NCBI GenBank assembly: GCA_040752695.1
Contig: JBFMGO010000003.1
Coordinates: 1 to 64,000, forward strand
Reading direction: 5' to 3'
Length of the DNA stretch: 64,000 nt
Source: a bacterium
GTDB taxonomy: Bacteria > SZUA-182 > DTGQ01
A program made the position numbers and the translations under genes. The notes beneath the pieces were generated by a model that was not told the DNA's origin, ran no database searches, and was given only the letters and a program-made list of their open reading frames with translations. Position 1 is the stretch's first letter; every line of letters starts with the position of its first letter. Shown here piece by piece: positions 19,290 to 29,620 of this stretch.

Positions 19290-20294
19290 ATTTCAGGCAG
19301 GCGGGAGAATTGGATCGTCATATGTATAATCATGCTTACCCTCTCCTCTCTCTCCCTTTTTGTGCATATATCGCAAGCTGAAGGAGAAGTCTGCAACCGG
19401 ATTATCGCCATCGTTAATCAGGATATTTTGACACAAAAAGAGCTTCAAAGAGAATCCCTCTGGGCTGAAATGCCCTTATCCGCTCGCTCCGATTCCAACT
19501 CCGATCCCAATTCCGATCACGACACCATGGGAAAAAGGTTAATTTGGGCCATGATCGACGAGAGACTGCAATTGCAGGAGGCCCGGAGGATGGGAATTTC
19601 TGTCTATCCTGAAGAAATCGACCAGCATCTTCGGGAGATCCGCTTAAAAAACGGCCTGAGTACGGATCAGGAACTGATAAGAGTCCTGGAGAGCCAGCAT
19701 TTGACCCTTGAGTCTCTGCGTGAAAATATCAAAAAAGGGATTCTCCTGATGAAGCTGCGGGAGCGGTCTGTGCACTCAAAGGTTCAGGTCACTGACACCG
19801 AAATTGCCGATTATTTCGCTGCCCAAAAGAGTAAAGGAAAGACGGAGATTATTCGCCTGAGCCATATCCTGTTTTCACTCCCCGAGGATGCCGACGAGGA
19901 GACCGTGGCCAGAGTGCGGGCCGAAGCTGAGCGAGTCCGGGAAGGGGTGCAAAGGGATAAGGATATGGATTTTGCCGAAGCCGCCAGGCACTACTCCCAG
20001 GATTCTGATACCGCAAAAAGGGGAGGAGATATGGGGTATCTTGAGGTAGAGCAGATGAGCTTGCCCTTTCAGGAAGAAATGGCCAGGTTACAAACCGGCC
20101 AGATCAGCAATCCGGTTCGAACTTCGTTCGGCTTTCACCTGCTCCAGATTACTGACCGTCAGGCTAACGAGCTCCTCAAAGGGTCAGAGCGGTGGAAAGA
20201 GATCAAGACGACTCTCCTCAGCCAAAAGGTTCAAAGGCAGTATGACCAGTGGCTGGAGGAGCTTCGAAAGCAGGCTTATATTGAAATTAAGTAA
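19290..20294 (+). CDS. SurA/PrsA-type parvulin peptidyl-prolyl isomerase (start uncertain)
   Basis: NRIIAIVN SurA N-domain, LSHIL, FAEAARHYSQD, GGDMG, S.PVRTSFGFHL, WLEELRKQAYIEI. Confidence 0.88.
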   Translation: MSGRRENWIVICIIMLTLSSLSLFVHISQAEGEVCNRIIAIVNQDILTQKELQRESLWAEMPLSARSDSNSDPNSDHDTMGKRLIWAMIDERLQLQEARRMGISVYPEEIDQHLREIRLKNGLSTDQELIRVLESQHLTLESLRENIKKGILLMKLRERSVHSKVQVTDTEIADYFAAQKSKGKTEIIRLSHILFSLPEDADEETVARVRAEAERVREGVQRDKDMDFAEAARHYSQDSDTAKRGGDMGYLEVEQMSLPFQEEMARLQTGQISNPVRTSFGFHLLQITDRQANELLKGSERWKEIKTTLLSQKVQRQYDQWLEELRKQAYIEIK

Positions 20295-20482
20295 AAGTAA
20301 GGAGTCAAGAGTCTCTCAGGGAGTCAAGATCACAGGGAATCAAGAATCTCACAAGGCAGGAAAGAGAGTGACCGCTTTTCTTTATCCTCGATTCTGCTGA
20401 ATTTTGGTCTGAATTCCCGTTTGGTCTGAATTCCCGTTTTTGCATTTTGACTCGTGATTCCTGAATTCAAAATGACCATTAC

Positions 20483-20770
20483 ATGCGATTAGACCTTTTC
20501 TTAAAGCTGAGTCGGTTGATTAAACGCAGAAGTATAGCCAAGGAATATTGCGATCACAATCTGGTCGAGGTGAACCATCAGTCTGCCAAGGCATCCAGAG
20601 AAATCCGGATAGGCGATGAGATCACCCTTACCTTTTGGAACCGGACAGTGACGGTGGAGGTCCTGGGAATCCCTTCCAAGGGGATGAAGGCAAAAGATGC
20701 AGCCAGCCTCTATCGAATTCTTTCAGAGCGTCGAAAGGAAAAGGAGGGAAAGCCCGATGAGATCCTCTAA
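20483..20770 (+). CDS. S4-domain RNA-binding protein (YabO/Hsp15-like)
   Basis: MRLDLFLKLSRLIKRRSIAKE...VN...KAS.EI..GD. Confidence 0.92.
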   Translation: MRLDLFLKLSRLIKRRSIAKEYCDHNLVEVNHQSAKASREIRIGDEITLTFWNRTVTVEVLGIPSKGMKAKDAASLYRILSERRKEKEGKPDEIL

Positions 20771-20837
20771 GCTTTTTCAGGCACTTCAAAACCGATAAGC
20801 TTTTTTCAAGGTGAACCGATAAGCAGTTTAAGAAACC

Positions 20838-22343
20838 ATGCCAAGAGCCCCAAAAACACAGCACAGAAGAATTCAAAACCAGGCACACCAAAGTTGGGAG
20901 CATCAGAGCCGGGAGCACGAAAACCGGGAGCATCAGAGCCGGACGGTACACAAAGACCATCTGTACGCCAGGCCCCGCAGCAGCACCCGGCGCATGAGCC
21001 CGGGGCTTGCTTCAGCCAGGGATTTGGCGGTCACGGTTCTGGTCCGGGTAGATGAAGCATCCGCCTACAGCGACATTCTTCTTTCTGAGGCGCTGAAAAG
21101 TTCTTCCCTTTCTGCCCAGGACAGACGCCTTACCACCACCATTGTTTTTGGTGTCCTGCGCTCCCGGAATCAACTGGACTGGTGGATCGAGCAGGTGGCC
21201 AGGAGGCCCGTAGCTGAAATGCCTTCCTGGCTCAAAGCTATCCTGCGCTCCGGTACTTACCAGCTCCTTTTTCTGGACAGAGTGCCAGCCCGCGCCGCCA
21301 TTTTTGAAAGCGTCAACCAGGCTCACACTTACAGCCATCGCGGAACGGCAGGTTTTGTAAACGCGGTCCTGCGGCAGATTCACAGACAAAGGACGGCGAT
21401 CCGGTTGCCCGATGAGGGCAAAGACCCCGTGGCCTCTTTGTCGCTGACCTTTTCCCATCCTGAATGGATGGTTCGGCGGTGGATCGAACAATTTGGCATC
21501 GAGGAATGCAAGGCGCTCTTAAAGGCCAATAATCAGCAACCCGGCTTGACGATTCGTCTCAATACCGTAAAGATGTCTCTTGACCGGGTACAGGATTCTC
21601 TCAACCGGGAGCTTGAGGGATTGAGCCCTTCTGGAACAGTACCCGAAGGTTTTTTTGTGGAGGGGCCGCGGCCCCTGATAGCTGCATCCGCGTACTCCGA
21701 AGGCCTTTTTGAAATTCAGGGTCTCAGCTCGATGCTGGCAGGCAGGGTATTGGCCCCCCGACCAGGGGAGCGGATTCTGGATGCCTGCGCCGGAAGAGGA
21801 GGTAAAACGACCCATTTAGCCCAGCTCATGGAAAATCAGGGCATTTTGCTGGGCCTCGATCTTTCCTTTCGAAAGCTGCAGCTCCTTGAAGAGAACGCCC
21901 GGAGACTGGATGTCAGGATCATTCGAAAGGTTTGCGGCAGTGCCCTGACGAGCCCTTTTCGAAGCAGGTTCGATCGTGTCCTCATCGATGTGCCCTGCTC
22001 ATCGCTGGGCATTATCCGAAGACACCCTGAGATCAGGTGGACAAGGCTTGAATCTGATCTGACCGGGCTTTCTTCCCTGCAACAGGGGATCTTAGAGCAT
22101 TGTTCATCTCTGGTAATGAAAAATGGCATACTTGTTTACAGCGCGTGCTCCTTCGAGCCTGAAGAGACAGGCATGATAGTGGACCGGTTTTTAGACCACA
22201 ACCCGGATTTTGTCCGGGACGATATATGCTTGCCCGCGTCATTGCGTCCCAGTGTAGGGGAGGACGGGTATGTGCGGATTTATCCGCACCGGCATGACAT
22301 GGACGGCTTTTTTATCGCCAGACTCAAAAGGCGGCAGGTATAG
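20838..22343 (+). CDS. rsmB: 16S rRNA (cytosine967-C5)-methyltransferase (start uncertain, N-terminal repeats)
   Basis: NusB-like N-domain (FVNAVLR), SHPEWM, DACAGRGGKT, DVPCS, YSACS, DGFFIA. Confidence 0.93.
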   Translation: MPRAPKTQHRRIQNQAHQSWEHQSREHENREHQSRTVHKDHLYARPRSSTRRMSPGLASARDLAVTVLVRVDEASAYSDILLSEALKSSSLSAQDRRLTTTIVFGVLRSRNQLDWWIEQVARRPVAEMPSWLKAILRSGTYQLLFLDRVPARAAIFESVNQAHTYSHRGTAGFVNAVLRQIHRQRTAIRLPDEGKDPVASLSLTFSHPEWMVRRWIEQFGIEECKALLKANNQQPGLTIRLNTVKMSLDRVQDSLNRELEGLSPSGTVPEGFFVEGPRPLIAASAYSEGLFEIQGLSSMLAGRVLAPRPGERILDACAGRGGKTTHLAQLMENQGILLGLDLSFRKLQLLEENARRLDVRIIRKVCGSALTSPFRSRFDRVLIDVPCSSLGIIRRHPEIRWTRLESDLTGLSSLQQGILEHCSSLVMKNGILVYSACSFEPEETGMIVDRFLDHNPDFVRDDICLPASLRPSVGEDGYVRIYPHRHDMDGFFIARLKRRQV

Positions 22344-22439
22344 AGACTATCCGAAAGGTGGGGTTAGCTCCAATAACTATGCGGCTTTCCATGACTTTTC
22401 GGATAAGTTCTTAGTACCAGAGGAGGAAAGTAGTGGTTT

Positions 22440-23399
22440 ATGTCAATTAAAGGATTTTTCCTGGACTCTTTCAAGCTGCTGGTGTTTATTATCGGCCTCT
22501 TTGTCCTCGGGTTTCTCAGCGCTCTGATCACCATCAATCTGGTAATGCAGAAAGAGCAGGCGAAAGTTCCCCCCCTGGTTGGAAAGGATGTCGTGGATGC
22601 GCTGGAGATACTCCACTCCCTGGGACTCAATCTTGTCGTGGAAAGCCGTGAGTTTCACCAGACCATGCCAACCAATGCGGTCATTTCTCAGAGCCCCGCA
22701 GCAGGGAAACTGTTAAAAAGCGGCAGGGATATCAAAGTGGCCCTGAGCAAGGGAACGGAAATGGTGGATATGCCCGCTGTTGTCGGTGAGCCTCTTTTGC
22801 GGGCTCAGGCAGTTTTGCAGGAGTATGACCTCAAGACCGGCCCCGTTGCTAAAATCTATCGCCGGAGCATGGAAGAAAATATTATCATCGGCCAGGATCC
22901 TCCCGCTGGCAGTAAGGTCAGGCGGGCCGGAAGGGTCAATCTTCTGGTAAGCCGGGGACAGGAACCTGTCTATTACTGCATGCCGGAACTGAGCGGTAAA
23001 AGTGTGGCGGAGGCAGAGCAAACTCTTCAAAGCTTTCATCTCACGATCGGCAGTATTGACTACGAAATCAACGAGAAACTGGAGCCTGATACGGTCATTG
23101 CCCAATCTCCGGAATCCGGCTACCGGGTTTTGCAGGGAGAAAAGGTTAACCTTCAAGTCAGCAAGGAGAGATCCATCGAGGACGAGATCGGTACGTATAG
23201 AGTTTTGCAGTATACGGTCCCCTATGGATCGGGCAGACGGAAGGTAAGAATCATCCTTCGCGATAACCGGGAAGAAAAAGAAATCTTCCATGAGGAGCGG
23301 GACGCCGGAGCCAAGATCGAACTGTTGGTCAAGGTGAAACCCCACACCCTGGCCTTGATCTATTTGGATGGAAATTTGATACAGGAGGAACAATTCTGA
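22440..23399 (+). CDS. membrane-anchored protein with three PASTA domains, no kinase domain
   Basis: N-terminal TM; VPPLVG, MPAVVG and MPELSG repeats with VISQSP/IIGQDP/VIAQSP. Confidence 0.9.
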   Translation: MSIKGFFLDSFKLLVFIIGLFVLGFLSALITINLVMQKEQAKVPPLVGKDVVDALEILHSLGLNLVVESREFHQTMPTNAVISQSPAAGKLLKSGRDIKVALSKGTEMVDMPAVVGEPLLRAQAVLQEYDLKTGPVAKIYRRSMEENIIIGQDPPAGSKVRRAGRVNLLVSRGQEPVYYCMPELSGKSVAEAEQTLQSFHLTIGSIDYEINEKLEPDTVIAQSPESGYRVLQGEKVNLQVSKERSIEDEIGTYRVLQYTVPYGSGRRKVRIILRDNREEKEIFHEERDAGAKIELLVKVKPHTLALIYLDGNLIQEEQF

Positions 23400-24100
23400 T
23401 GAGTAAAATTCAATCAACCCAGATTCGGCCAATCCAGATTGCGCCTTCTCTCTTGTCAGCCAATTTTGCAACTCTGGCTGAAGAAATTCATAAGGTTGAA
23501 GAAGGCGGAGCGGATTTACTCCATGTAGATGTCATGGATGGGCATTTTGTACCCAATATCACGGTCGGCTCTCCGGTAGTGCAATCATTGAAGAAGGTTA
23601 CCCGGATACCCCTGGATGTACACCTCATGATTGAACACCCGGAAGATTTTATCGATGATTTTTGGCAGGCGGGAGCCGATATTTTAACGATTCATCAGGA
23701 AGCATGTCATCATCTCCACAGAAGTATTCAGGCTATTAAGGAAAAAGGAATGAAGGCAGGGATCGCCCTGAACCCCTCGACACCCGTTCATGTCCTGGAT
23801 TGCATTCTGCCCGAAGTTGACCAGGTGGTGATCATGTCCGTTAATCCCGGATTTGGCGGCCAGCAGTTTATTCCTTTTGCTCTCTTGAAAATCAAGACCC
23901 TGCGTGATATGATCGATAAGGAGCAGCTCGAAGATAAGGTCAGCATTCTTGTAGATGGTGGAATCAAGCTGGATAATTGCCTGAGTGTAACGCAGGCAGG
24001 TGCCGATATCATTGTTTTAGGCTCAGGAATTTTCCATACCCAGGATCCCTCGGCTACCGTAAGAAAGGTCCGGGGACTGGTAGAAGCGGGACTGCCATGA
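23399..24100 (+). CDS. rpe: ribulose-phosphate 3-epimerase
   Basis: APSLLSA, HVDVMDGHFVPN, DVHLM, MSVNPGFGGQ, VDGG. Confidence 0.97.
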   Translation: MSKIQSTQIRPIQIAPSLLSANFATLAEEIHKVEEGGADLLHVDVMDGHFVPNITVGSPVVQSLKKVTRIPLDVHLMIEHPEDFIDDFWQAGADILTIHQEACHHLHRSIQAIKEKGMKAGIALNPSTPVHVLDCILPEVDQVVIMSVNPGFGGQQFIPFALLKIKTLRDMIDKEQLEDKVSILVDGGIKLDNCLSVTQAGADIIVLGSGIFHTQDPSATVRKVRGLVEAGLP

Positions 24101-25698
24101 GAAGCTCTTTCCTGACAGGCTCTTTTACCCCACCACCTTCGCTCTTGACATTACTCTGCCTGGCTCTTATTATGGCCGGGATGATTTTTCCCCTGCCGGG
24201 GATAGTATCTGCCTGGGCAGCATCGGTCCGGCAGGCGAAAGCAGATGGATATCTGAGCAGGGAAGCACTGGCTGCAAAACAGGACGGTGATCACTATTCG
24301 GAAAAAGGAGAAATACAAAAGGCAATCGCAGCCTATGAAGAGGCTATCCGTCTTTACCCGGACTATGCCGAGGCATATTACCTGCTTGGCCTGGTTTACG
24401 ACCTGCAGCAGGGTAATCTTGAAAAGGCAATAGCCTGCTATCAGAGGTTTTTGGAATTAGCCTCAGATTCGCCCGATGCCAGGGACGTCCGCCTTTTAAT
24501 CGAGAGTGCCCAAAAGGCACTGTCCCTTTCATCTTCGGCTTCTTCGTCCAGTTCAACACCTTCAACCGGCTCATCTGACTCAACTGATCCATCTGATTCA
24601 GCCGGTTTGGCCGATTCAACTCCTTCAGTCATTTCATCTGATTCAGCCGGTTCATCTGATTCAGCCAAGGCACCTGATTCATCTTCAATTGCTTCGTCCT
24701 CGCCTGCACAGCCCTCCTCCCATTCCACACCCCTTTCTCCGGCTCCAGCGCAGGCCGCTCTGCATGCTGGTGCATCGGAGAAAACCGGTGCTCATGATTC
24801 GAACAAAAATACGTATGGTTCGGGCAGATATGTTCATAATCCGGACAAACCGGACAAGAGTAGTCCTGTTTCTGAACAGGATACCAGCAATAAAAAAATA
24901 GCAATGGCTCCTGACGACCGTAAGGAAATGAAGCTTGTTCATGTCCCTCCTAGTGATGAGGAAAAAATATCAGCCTCATTACATGTATCGCAAACGAATA
25001 CGTCCGCCTCAAGCGCCTTTCCTGCTGAAGAATTCATTTCCCGGTCGATTGATGAGCAAGTCTTGAAGTATACCCTAAAGCTGGGAGTCTGGCAGCGGGA
25101 GGGATACATTCAAAAGTTCAACGAACTGGCCATGGCCAGGGGGTCTTCTTTGACGAACAACATTTCCGAAGCCCGTGCCCGGTTGCGTGAAGAGAGGCAG
25201 AAGGCTACCGAATTTATAGACTATGCCAAGGAAGCGGAACAATTTTTGCTACAACAAATGATTAAAGACCTTCTCAAGGAATGGGGTATGGATCTTCCGC
25301 AGTTACCCCTTAAGTTCGACCTTCAGAAGGCCGTGTCTTCCTGCCAGATTTTGAATGTCCAGGAAGACAACAAGTATATTCATGTTTCACTGGAGGCAAA
25401 GATAAACGTCAAGAATGTCAGGGAGCAGCTTTTGAAATTGGGCTACCAGCTTACGCCTGCTCGAATTCAGTTGCAGTGTGTCAATCTGTATGGAGAGTTT
25501 AAGGACCGGTTTCTCGATGCTATTCAGAGAAAATCAGAATATATTAAAAGCCAGTCCGAGGGGCTGTACGAGATTTACGTTCCTGCTGAACTTTTTGCCG
25601 CCGAATTGAGTAAAATGGTGATAGGTTCCTATGGTATCCACCTGGGCAGTGTGGATAAGGATAAAATTATCTTCAGCGCTGAACCTGTGGAGAAATAA
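24097..25698 (+). CDS. exported TPR protein with Ser/Asp-rich linker
   Basis: ATG overlaps the rpe stop (ATGA); signal/TM segment; TPR AYYLLG.VY...AI.CYQRFLEL. Confidence 0.8.
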   Translation: MRSSFLTGSFTPPPSLLTLLCLALIMAGMIFPLPGIVSAWAASVRQAKADGYLSREALAAKQDGDHYSEKGEIQKAIAAYEEAIRLYPDYAEAYYLLGLVYDLQQGNLEKAIACYQRFLELASDSPDARDVRLLIESAQKALSLSSSASSSSSTPSTGSSDSTDPSDSAGLADSTPSVISSDSAGSSDSAKAPDSSSIASSSPAQPSSHSTPLSPAPAQAALHAGASEKTGAHDSNKNTYGSGRYVHNPDKPDKSSPVSEQDTSNKKIAMAPDDRKEMKLVHVPPSDEEKISASLHVSQTNTSASSAFPAEEFISRSIDEQVLKYTLKLGVWQREGYIQKFNELAMARGSSLTNNISEARARLREERQKATEFIDYAKEAEQFLLQQMIKDLLKEWGMDLPQLPLKFDLQKAVSSCQILNVQEDNKYIHVSLEAKINVKNVREQLLKLGYQLTPARIQLQCVNLYGEFKDRFLDAIQRKSEYIKSQSEGLYEIYVPAELFAAELSKMVIGSYGIHLGSVDKDKIIFSAEPVEK

Positions 25699-25732
25699 TC
25701 AGGGGAAATTGTTCAGGGGTTAAAGTTAATGC

Positions 25733-25761
25733 TTGACAATAATCCATTTTTGACGTATAAT
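25733..25761 (+). promoter_or_regulatory. consensus sigma-70 promoter of the cold-shock gene (about 220-nt 5' leader)
   Basis: TTGACA-17 bp-TATAAT; long leaders are typical of csp genes. Confidence 0.85.
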
Positions 25762-25986
25762 AGGAAATCAAGTTTTAAATTAAAAATGAATTTGAGGATA
25801 AAAACAGAATGAGGAGTTAAAATCCTCTGGTAAAAAGAATTACCCCTGAGAGGAATGTACAGCCTCTCTCGGGAGAGCATTAAGTTGTGGATAGGTTATC
25901 TGAGACTTTGGAGGCCTATAGCTTTTCCTGAGCTTTACAGAGATATCCCAACTTAAGAAACATGTAAGAAAGGAGGGATATTTAGT

Positions 25987-26190
25987 ATGGCTCAAGGACG
26001 AGTGAAATGGTTCAATGATCAAAAAGGCTTTGGTTTCATCAAGATTGCAGGTGAAGATAAGGATGTATTCGTACATTATACTGCAATCTCGGGAACGGGA
26101 TTCAAAAGCCTTCAGGAAAACCAACTGGTAGAGTTCGACATTCAGCAAGGCCCGAAAGGACCTCAGGCAGTGAATGTAAGACCACAGTAA
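25987..26190 (+). CDS. cold-shock protein (CspA family)
   Basis: KWFN..KGFGFI (RNP1), DVFVH (RNP2), KGPQA.NV; SD AAGGAGG. Confidence 0.97.
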   Translation: MAQGRVKWFNDQKGFGFIKIAGEDKDVFVHYTAISGTGFKSLQENQLVEFDIQQGPKGPQAVNVRPQ

Positions 26191-26216
26191 CTAATTGTGT
26201 AATTTGGATGTGTAAG

Positions 26217-26250
26217 AAAGCGATAACCGTCAGGTTATCGCTTTTTTTTT
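26217..26250 (+). terminator. intrinsic terminator
   Basis: aaagcgataacc-gtca-ggttatcgc followed by T9. Confidence 0.9.
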
Positions 26251-26534
26251 CATTTCAAGGTTTATGACATCCATAGTAACGCAACAAACCTCGCAGGGAA
26301 ATGAGCCGATAACAAAGTGAGGGGGACCAACGCAATTTTACCGACAGTCATTTTTTACTCCCCGTTCTTTATACATAGACACCAAGGTATTCCTTATTCC
26401 AGTTCCTCAAGATGTTGTATGATCAAGATGCTGTATGACAATGAAATACTATATACTCTAGAATTTGTTAGCTGATAAGATGGACGGTATAGCCTCAAAC
26501 GGAAAAGATACATGAATAGCTGAAAGGTCTCGAG

Positions 26535-27461
26535 GTGAAATTGAGCGCCGAACTGCCATCTCCAGAGGTCGGATCTTCGGACATCTTGCAGGCCAGCCTG
26601 GAACCCGTTATTCCCGACGAAGTCAAGTACTTTGAGGAAGTTGCCCGGCAAGAAAAACGGTTGCGGAATTTCGAAAAAGCCGGCAATATGTTCATGAATC
26701 TGGCCAATTGGTACGAGAGCCAAAATGAGTGCACCCTTCGGAAAAAATGGGAGCGAGCCGGGCATTACCATTTTATGGCCGGAGAATGCCTTGTCCGGTG
26801 TGCACAAAACGAATCTGTTACCAAAAACAAAAACTGGCATGAACTGGCCAGCATGGAATATGCCCGCTCGGTCGAGTGCTATCTGAAAAATCCGGAAGAT
26901 GTTTATTTCCATCGGGAAGCCTTTAACCTGGCTATCAGGGAATTTAAAATGATTCCCCGCGGACAGGGTCTGCTCTACAGTCAAATAGAAGAAGCAGAAA
27001 AGATCAGCAAGCACCTGATTGATATGAACTACAAAAAATTCATTGCCACGCTGGACGAAATGACCTTCTCCAAGGAAAGTGACCAACTGACTGTAGAGTA
27101 TTGCCACTGGAAAGCGATCCAGAGCAAGAATAAAGGAATAAAGGTGTGGTACTGGTTCTGGGGGCTGACAAGCAAGTACGGAACCAGCGTGACCAGATGG
27201 ATCTTGTGGATGCTCTTTGTCATCAGCCTCTTTGGCGGGTTCTTCTACTTTACCGATATGGCTATCAATGTTCCCCTGACCGGCTTCGATAAGGTGGTCC
27301 AGTGTCTTTATTTCAGCGTTGTCACCGTGACCACCCTGGGATATGGGGACATCTATCCCAAAACCGCCTTTGGTATGTCCTTGGTCATTGTCGAGGTATT
27401 CTTCGGGCAGTTGATGTTTTGGGTGATGATGACCATTCTGGCCAAGAAAATATTCCGCTAA
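26535..27461 (+). CDS. 2-TM potassium channel family protein with large N-terminal soluble domain
   Basis: LYFSVVTVTTLGYGDIYP pore and filter flanked by TM helices; start uncertain. Confidence 0.85.
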   Translation: MKLSAELPSPEVGSSDILQASLEPVIPDEVKYFEEVARQEKRLRNFEKAGNMFMNLANWYESQNECTLRKKWERAGHYHFMAGECLVRCAQNESVTKNKNWHELASMEYARSVECYLKNPEDVYFHREAFNLAIREFKMIPRGQGLLYSQIEEAEKISKHLIDMNYKKFIATLDEMTFSKESDQLTVEYCHWKAIQSKNKGIKVWYWFWGLTSKYGTSVTRWILWMLFVISLFGGFFYFTDMAINVPLTGFDKVVQCLYFSVVTVTTLGYGDIYPKTAFGMSLVIVEVFFGQLMFWVMMTILAKKIFR

Positions 27462-27656
27462 AAGCCTTTACAGAATATCTTGTACAGCCCGCTGACAACC
27501 TTATTTACCTTATAGCACGTACACCTGGCGCATCCCATCCATCCCCCATCCATTCACCAGCACATTTATAGAGCCTTGGGCTTGCCCCTCTTGAAGCTCG
27601 TAATGAAGCTCATGAAGCCCGGCTTTGAATCACGAAGCGATCGTGCTCGTGAAGCC

Positions 27657-28469
27657 TTAATAATGCGTAAGGCTTCCGTCCCGCTTGGCCTTGTTCACGG
27701 CAAAGCGAAAGCTGAAGATACCAAGGGGCAGCATGACCAGCGTGAATATTCCAAGCCCCGCGATATGCGGGCCGAGCGCGTTCAGGGAATAACCTTTCAG
27801 AAGAGCAAACCGCATCCCCTCAAGTGAATAGGTAAGAGGGATAAGGTAAGAGAATCTTCTCAGCCACGGCGGCAGGACCGTAATCGGGTAATACACTCCA
27901 CCCAGAAACCATGACAGGCCAGAAAACAGCCCGGCCAGGGGATCCCCCTTTTTAAACACCATGATGAAGCTGGCCGAGGCAATACCGATACTGCTGAAGG
28001 TGGTGATGGTCAGGAACAAAATGAGGGCAGCACCTGTAAAATTCGCCTGGCTGATATTGACGTCAAACAGCAGCGTCCCGATCAGAAGATAGACAATCAC
28101 CCTGAAAGATGTCCAGATGAAGCTGTAGAGCGAGGAGGATATAATAATAGTAGGGATCTCGGTCTGGGTAACCAGAATGGCCTCCAGGGTGCCTGTCATC
28201 TGGGCATTTCTGATGCTTGAGGAGAAACTGCGCAAAGAAACCTCGAGATAATTGGTGAAGGCCACTCCAATCAGAACGAATGAGAAATAGTCCCCTCCAT
28301 AGGGTTTCAGGTAAGGAACGGCCGCCGCTCCGAAGAGCTTGGACAAAAAATAAAAAATAAGGACCGAGATAAAGATGCCGAAAAATTGGAGAAAAAAGGC
28401 AAACTTATAACTTGTCTCCTCAATAAAATCTCTCTGAATAAAGGCAAAAGCCTTTCTCAGAAACGTCAT
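27657..28469 (-). CDS. ABC-2 type transporter permease
   Basis: About 6 TM, GTLEAILVT, GVYYP...LPPWL...PLTY. Confidence 0.9.
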   Translation of the reverse strand: MTFLRKAFAFIQRDFIEETSYKFAFFLQFFGIFISVLIFYFLSKLFGAAAVPYLKPYGGDYFSFVLIGVAFTNYLEVSLRSFSSSIRNAQMTGTLEAILVTQTEIPTIIISSSLYSFIWTSFRVIVYLLIGTLLFDVNISQANFTGAALILFLTITTFSSIGIASASFIMVFKKGDPLAGLFSGLSWFLGGVYYPITVLPPWLRRFSYLIPLTYSLEGMRFALLKGYSLNALGPHIAGLGIFTLVMLPLGIFSFRFAVNKAKRDGSLTHY

Positions 28470-28472
28470 TTT

Positions 28473-28580
28473 AAGTCTCCGGTCATTGTTAAGACTCCAG
28501 TCATTGTTGATTCTCCGGCCATTTTAAAACTCCAGTCGTTTTGAGTCTCCAGTCGCCTTGAGTCTCCAGTCACTTTAAAA
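28473..28580. repeat. 18-bp-period intergenic tandem repeat (about 6 copies)
   Basis: aagtctccggtcattgtt / aagactccagtcattgtt / gattctccggccatttta / ...gagtctccagtc... Confidence 0.8.
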
Positions 28581-29609
28581 CTCATTTTCTTTTTGCTCAC
28601 TCTTTGTATAGGTTGAGTAGATTTCATAAAGGGGGATCTCTTTTTTAACGCAGCTTTGTATCTTTCCTCCCCTATTCACCATACAGGCAATAACGTCCGA
28701 AATCTCCGGTTTCTTTTTCCCATCCACCGAAGTAAGGCCGATTTCCACCTCAACGTCCTGCCCTGTTTCGGCGATAATTTGAATGCTTATCTGTCCGTCC
28801 ATCTGCTGGCCTATTTTTTCGATAAAGCCGCTGGGGAGTGTTTTCAGGCAAATCAGATACCGGTCCAGTCTCTCAAAAACGGGCTGCATCTGCGCTGGAG
28901 CTCCACTGGCTTTGATTTTTCCGCTGTGGATAATCGCAATTCTATGGCCGATCTCTTCCACCTCACGCAGGTTATGAGTAGCTAAAAATACGGTTTTGCC
29001 TTGCTGATCAACAACCTTCTCTCTGATAAAGTGTCTCAGGGAATCGGCGCTGGCAGGATCAAGGGAGCGGGTTGGCTCATCCATGAACAGGATGTCGGGA
29101 TCAGTCAAGAGTGCGCGGGCAATAGCCATTCTTTGCTTCATACCCAGGGAAAAATCCTTGAACGGCGTATGGGTCTTCTTCTCAAGATCAACCAGGTTCA
29201 GCACGTTTTTGATCCGCTGTTCCAATTCCGGAGCAGGAATATTATTCAAGATTCCGAAAAATTTAAGATTCTGGCAGGCAGTAAGCCGCCAGTAAAAACT
29301 TCTCTCGTCACTGATGGCATAGCCGATGGCCCGCCTTACTTCACCTGGGCTCGTGACGACATCGAGCCCGTTGACCACAGCTTTCCCTTCGGTCGGCAGC
29401 ATCAGGGTGCAGAGAATCTTGATGAGGGTTGTTTTTCCCGCCCCATTTGGCCCCAAAAGGCAGAATACCTCCCCTTTGTGAACCTTGAGGGAAACATCCT
29501 GAAGGGCAGTAATTTCTTTGCGTAATAACGGAAAAGAGAGTAAATCCCGAAATTGTTTAATCCGAGTAAATTTTTTTGTTATCCGGGAGGTTTCTATGGC
29601 GATGGACAT
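28575..29609 (-). CDS. ABC transporter ATP-binding protein
   Basis: GPNGAGKT, FSLGMKQR, LFMDEPT, ATH switch. Confidence 0.95.
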   Translation of the reverse strand: MSIAIETSRITKKFTRIKQFRDLLSFPLLRKEITALQDVSLKVHKGEVFCLLGPNGAGKTTLIKILCTLMLPTEGKAVVNGLDVVTSPGEVRRAIGYAISDERSFYWRLTACQNLKFFGILNNIPAPELEQRIKNVLNLVDLEKKTHTPFKDFSLGMKQRMAIARALLTDPDILFMDEPTRSLDPASADSLRHFIREKVVDQQGKTVFLATHNLREVEEIGHRIAIIHSGKIKASGAPAQMQPVFERLDRYLICLKTLPSGFIEKIGQQMDGQISIQIIAETGQDVEVEIGLTSVDGKKKPEISDVIACMVNRGGKIQSCVKKEIPLYEIYSTYTKSEQKENEF

Positions 29610-29620
29610 GGTCTTTTTTC

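Noticed and set aside
28473..28580. Possible CRISPR array or iterons
   Set aside because: Head-to-tail degenerate 18-mers without spacers, between two coupled ABC genes; no rep gene.
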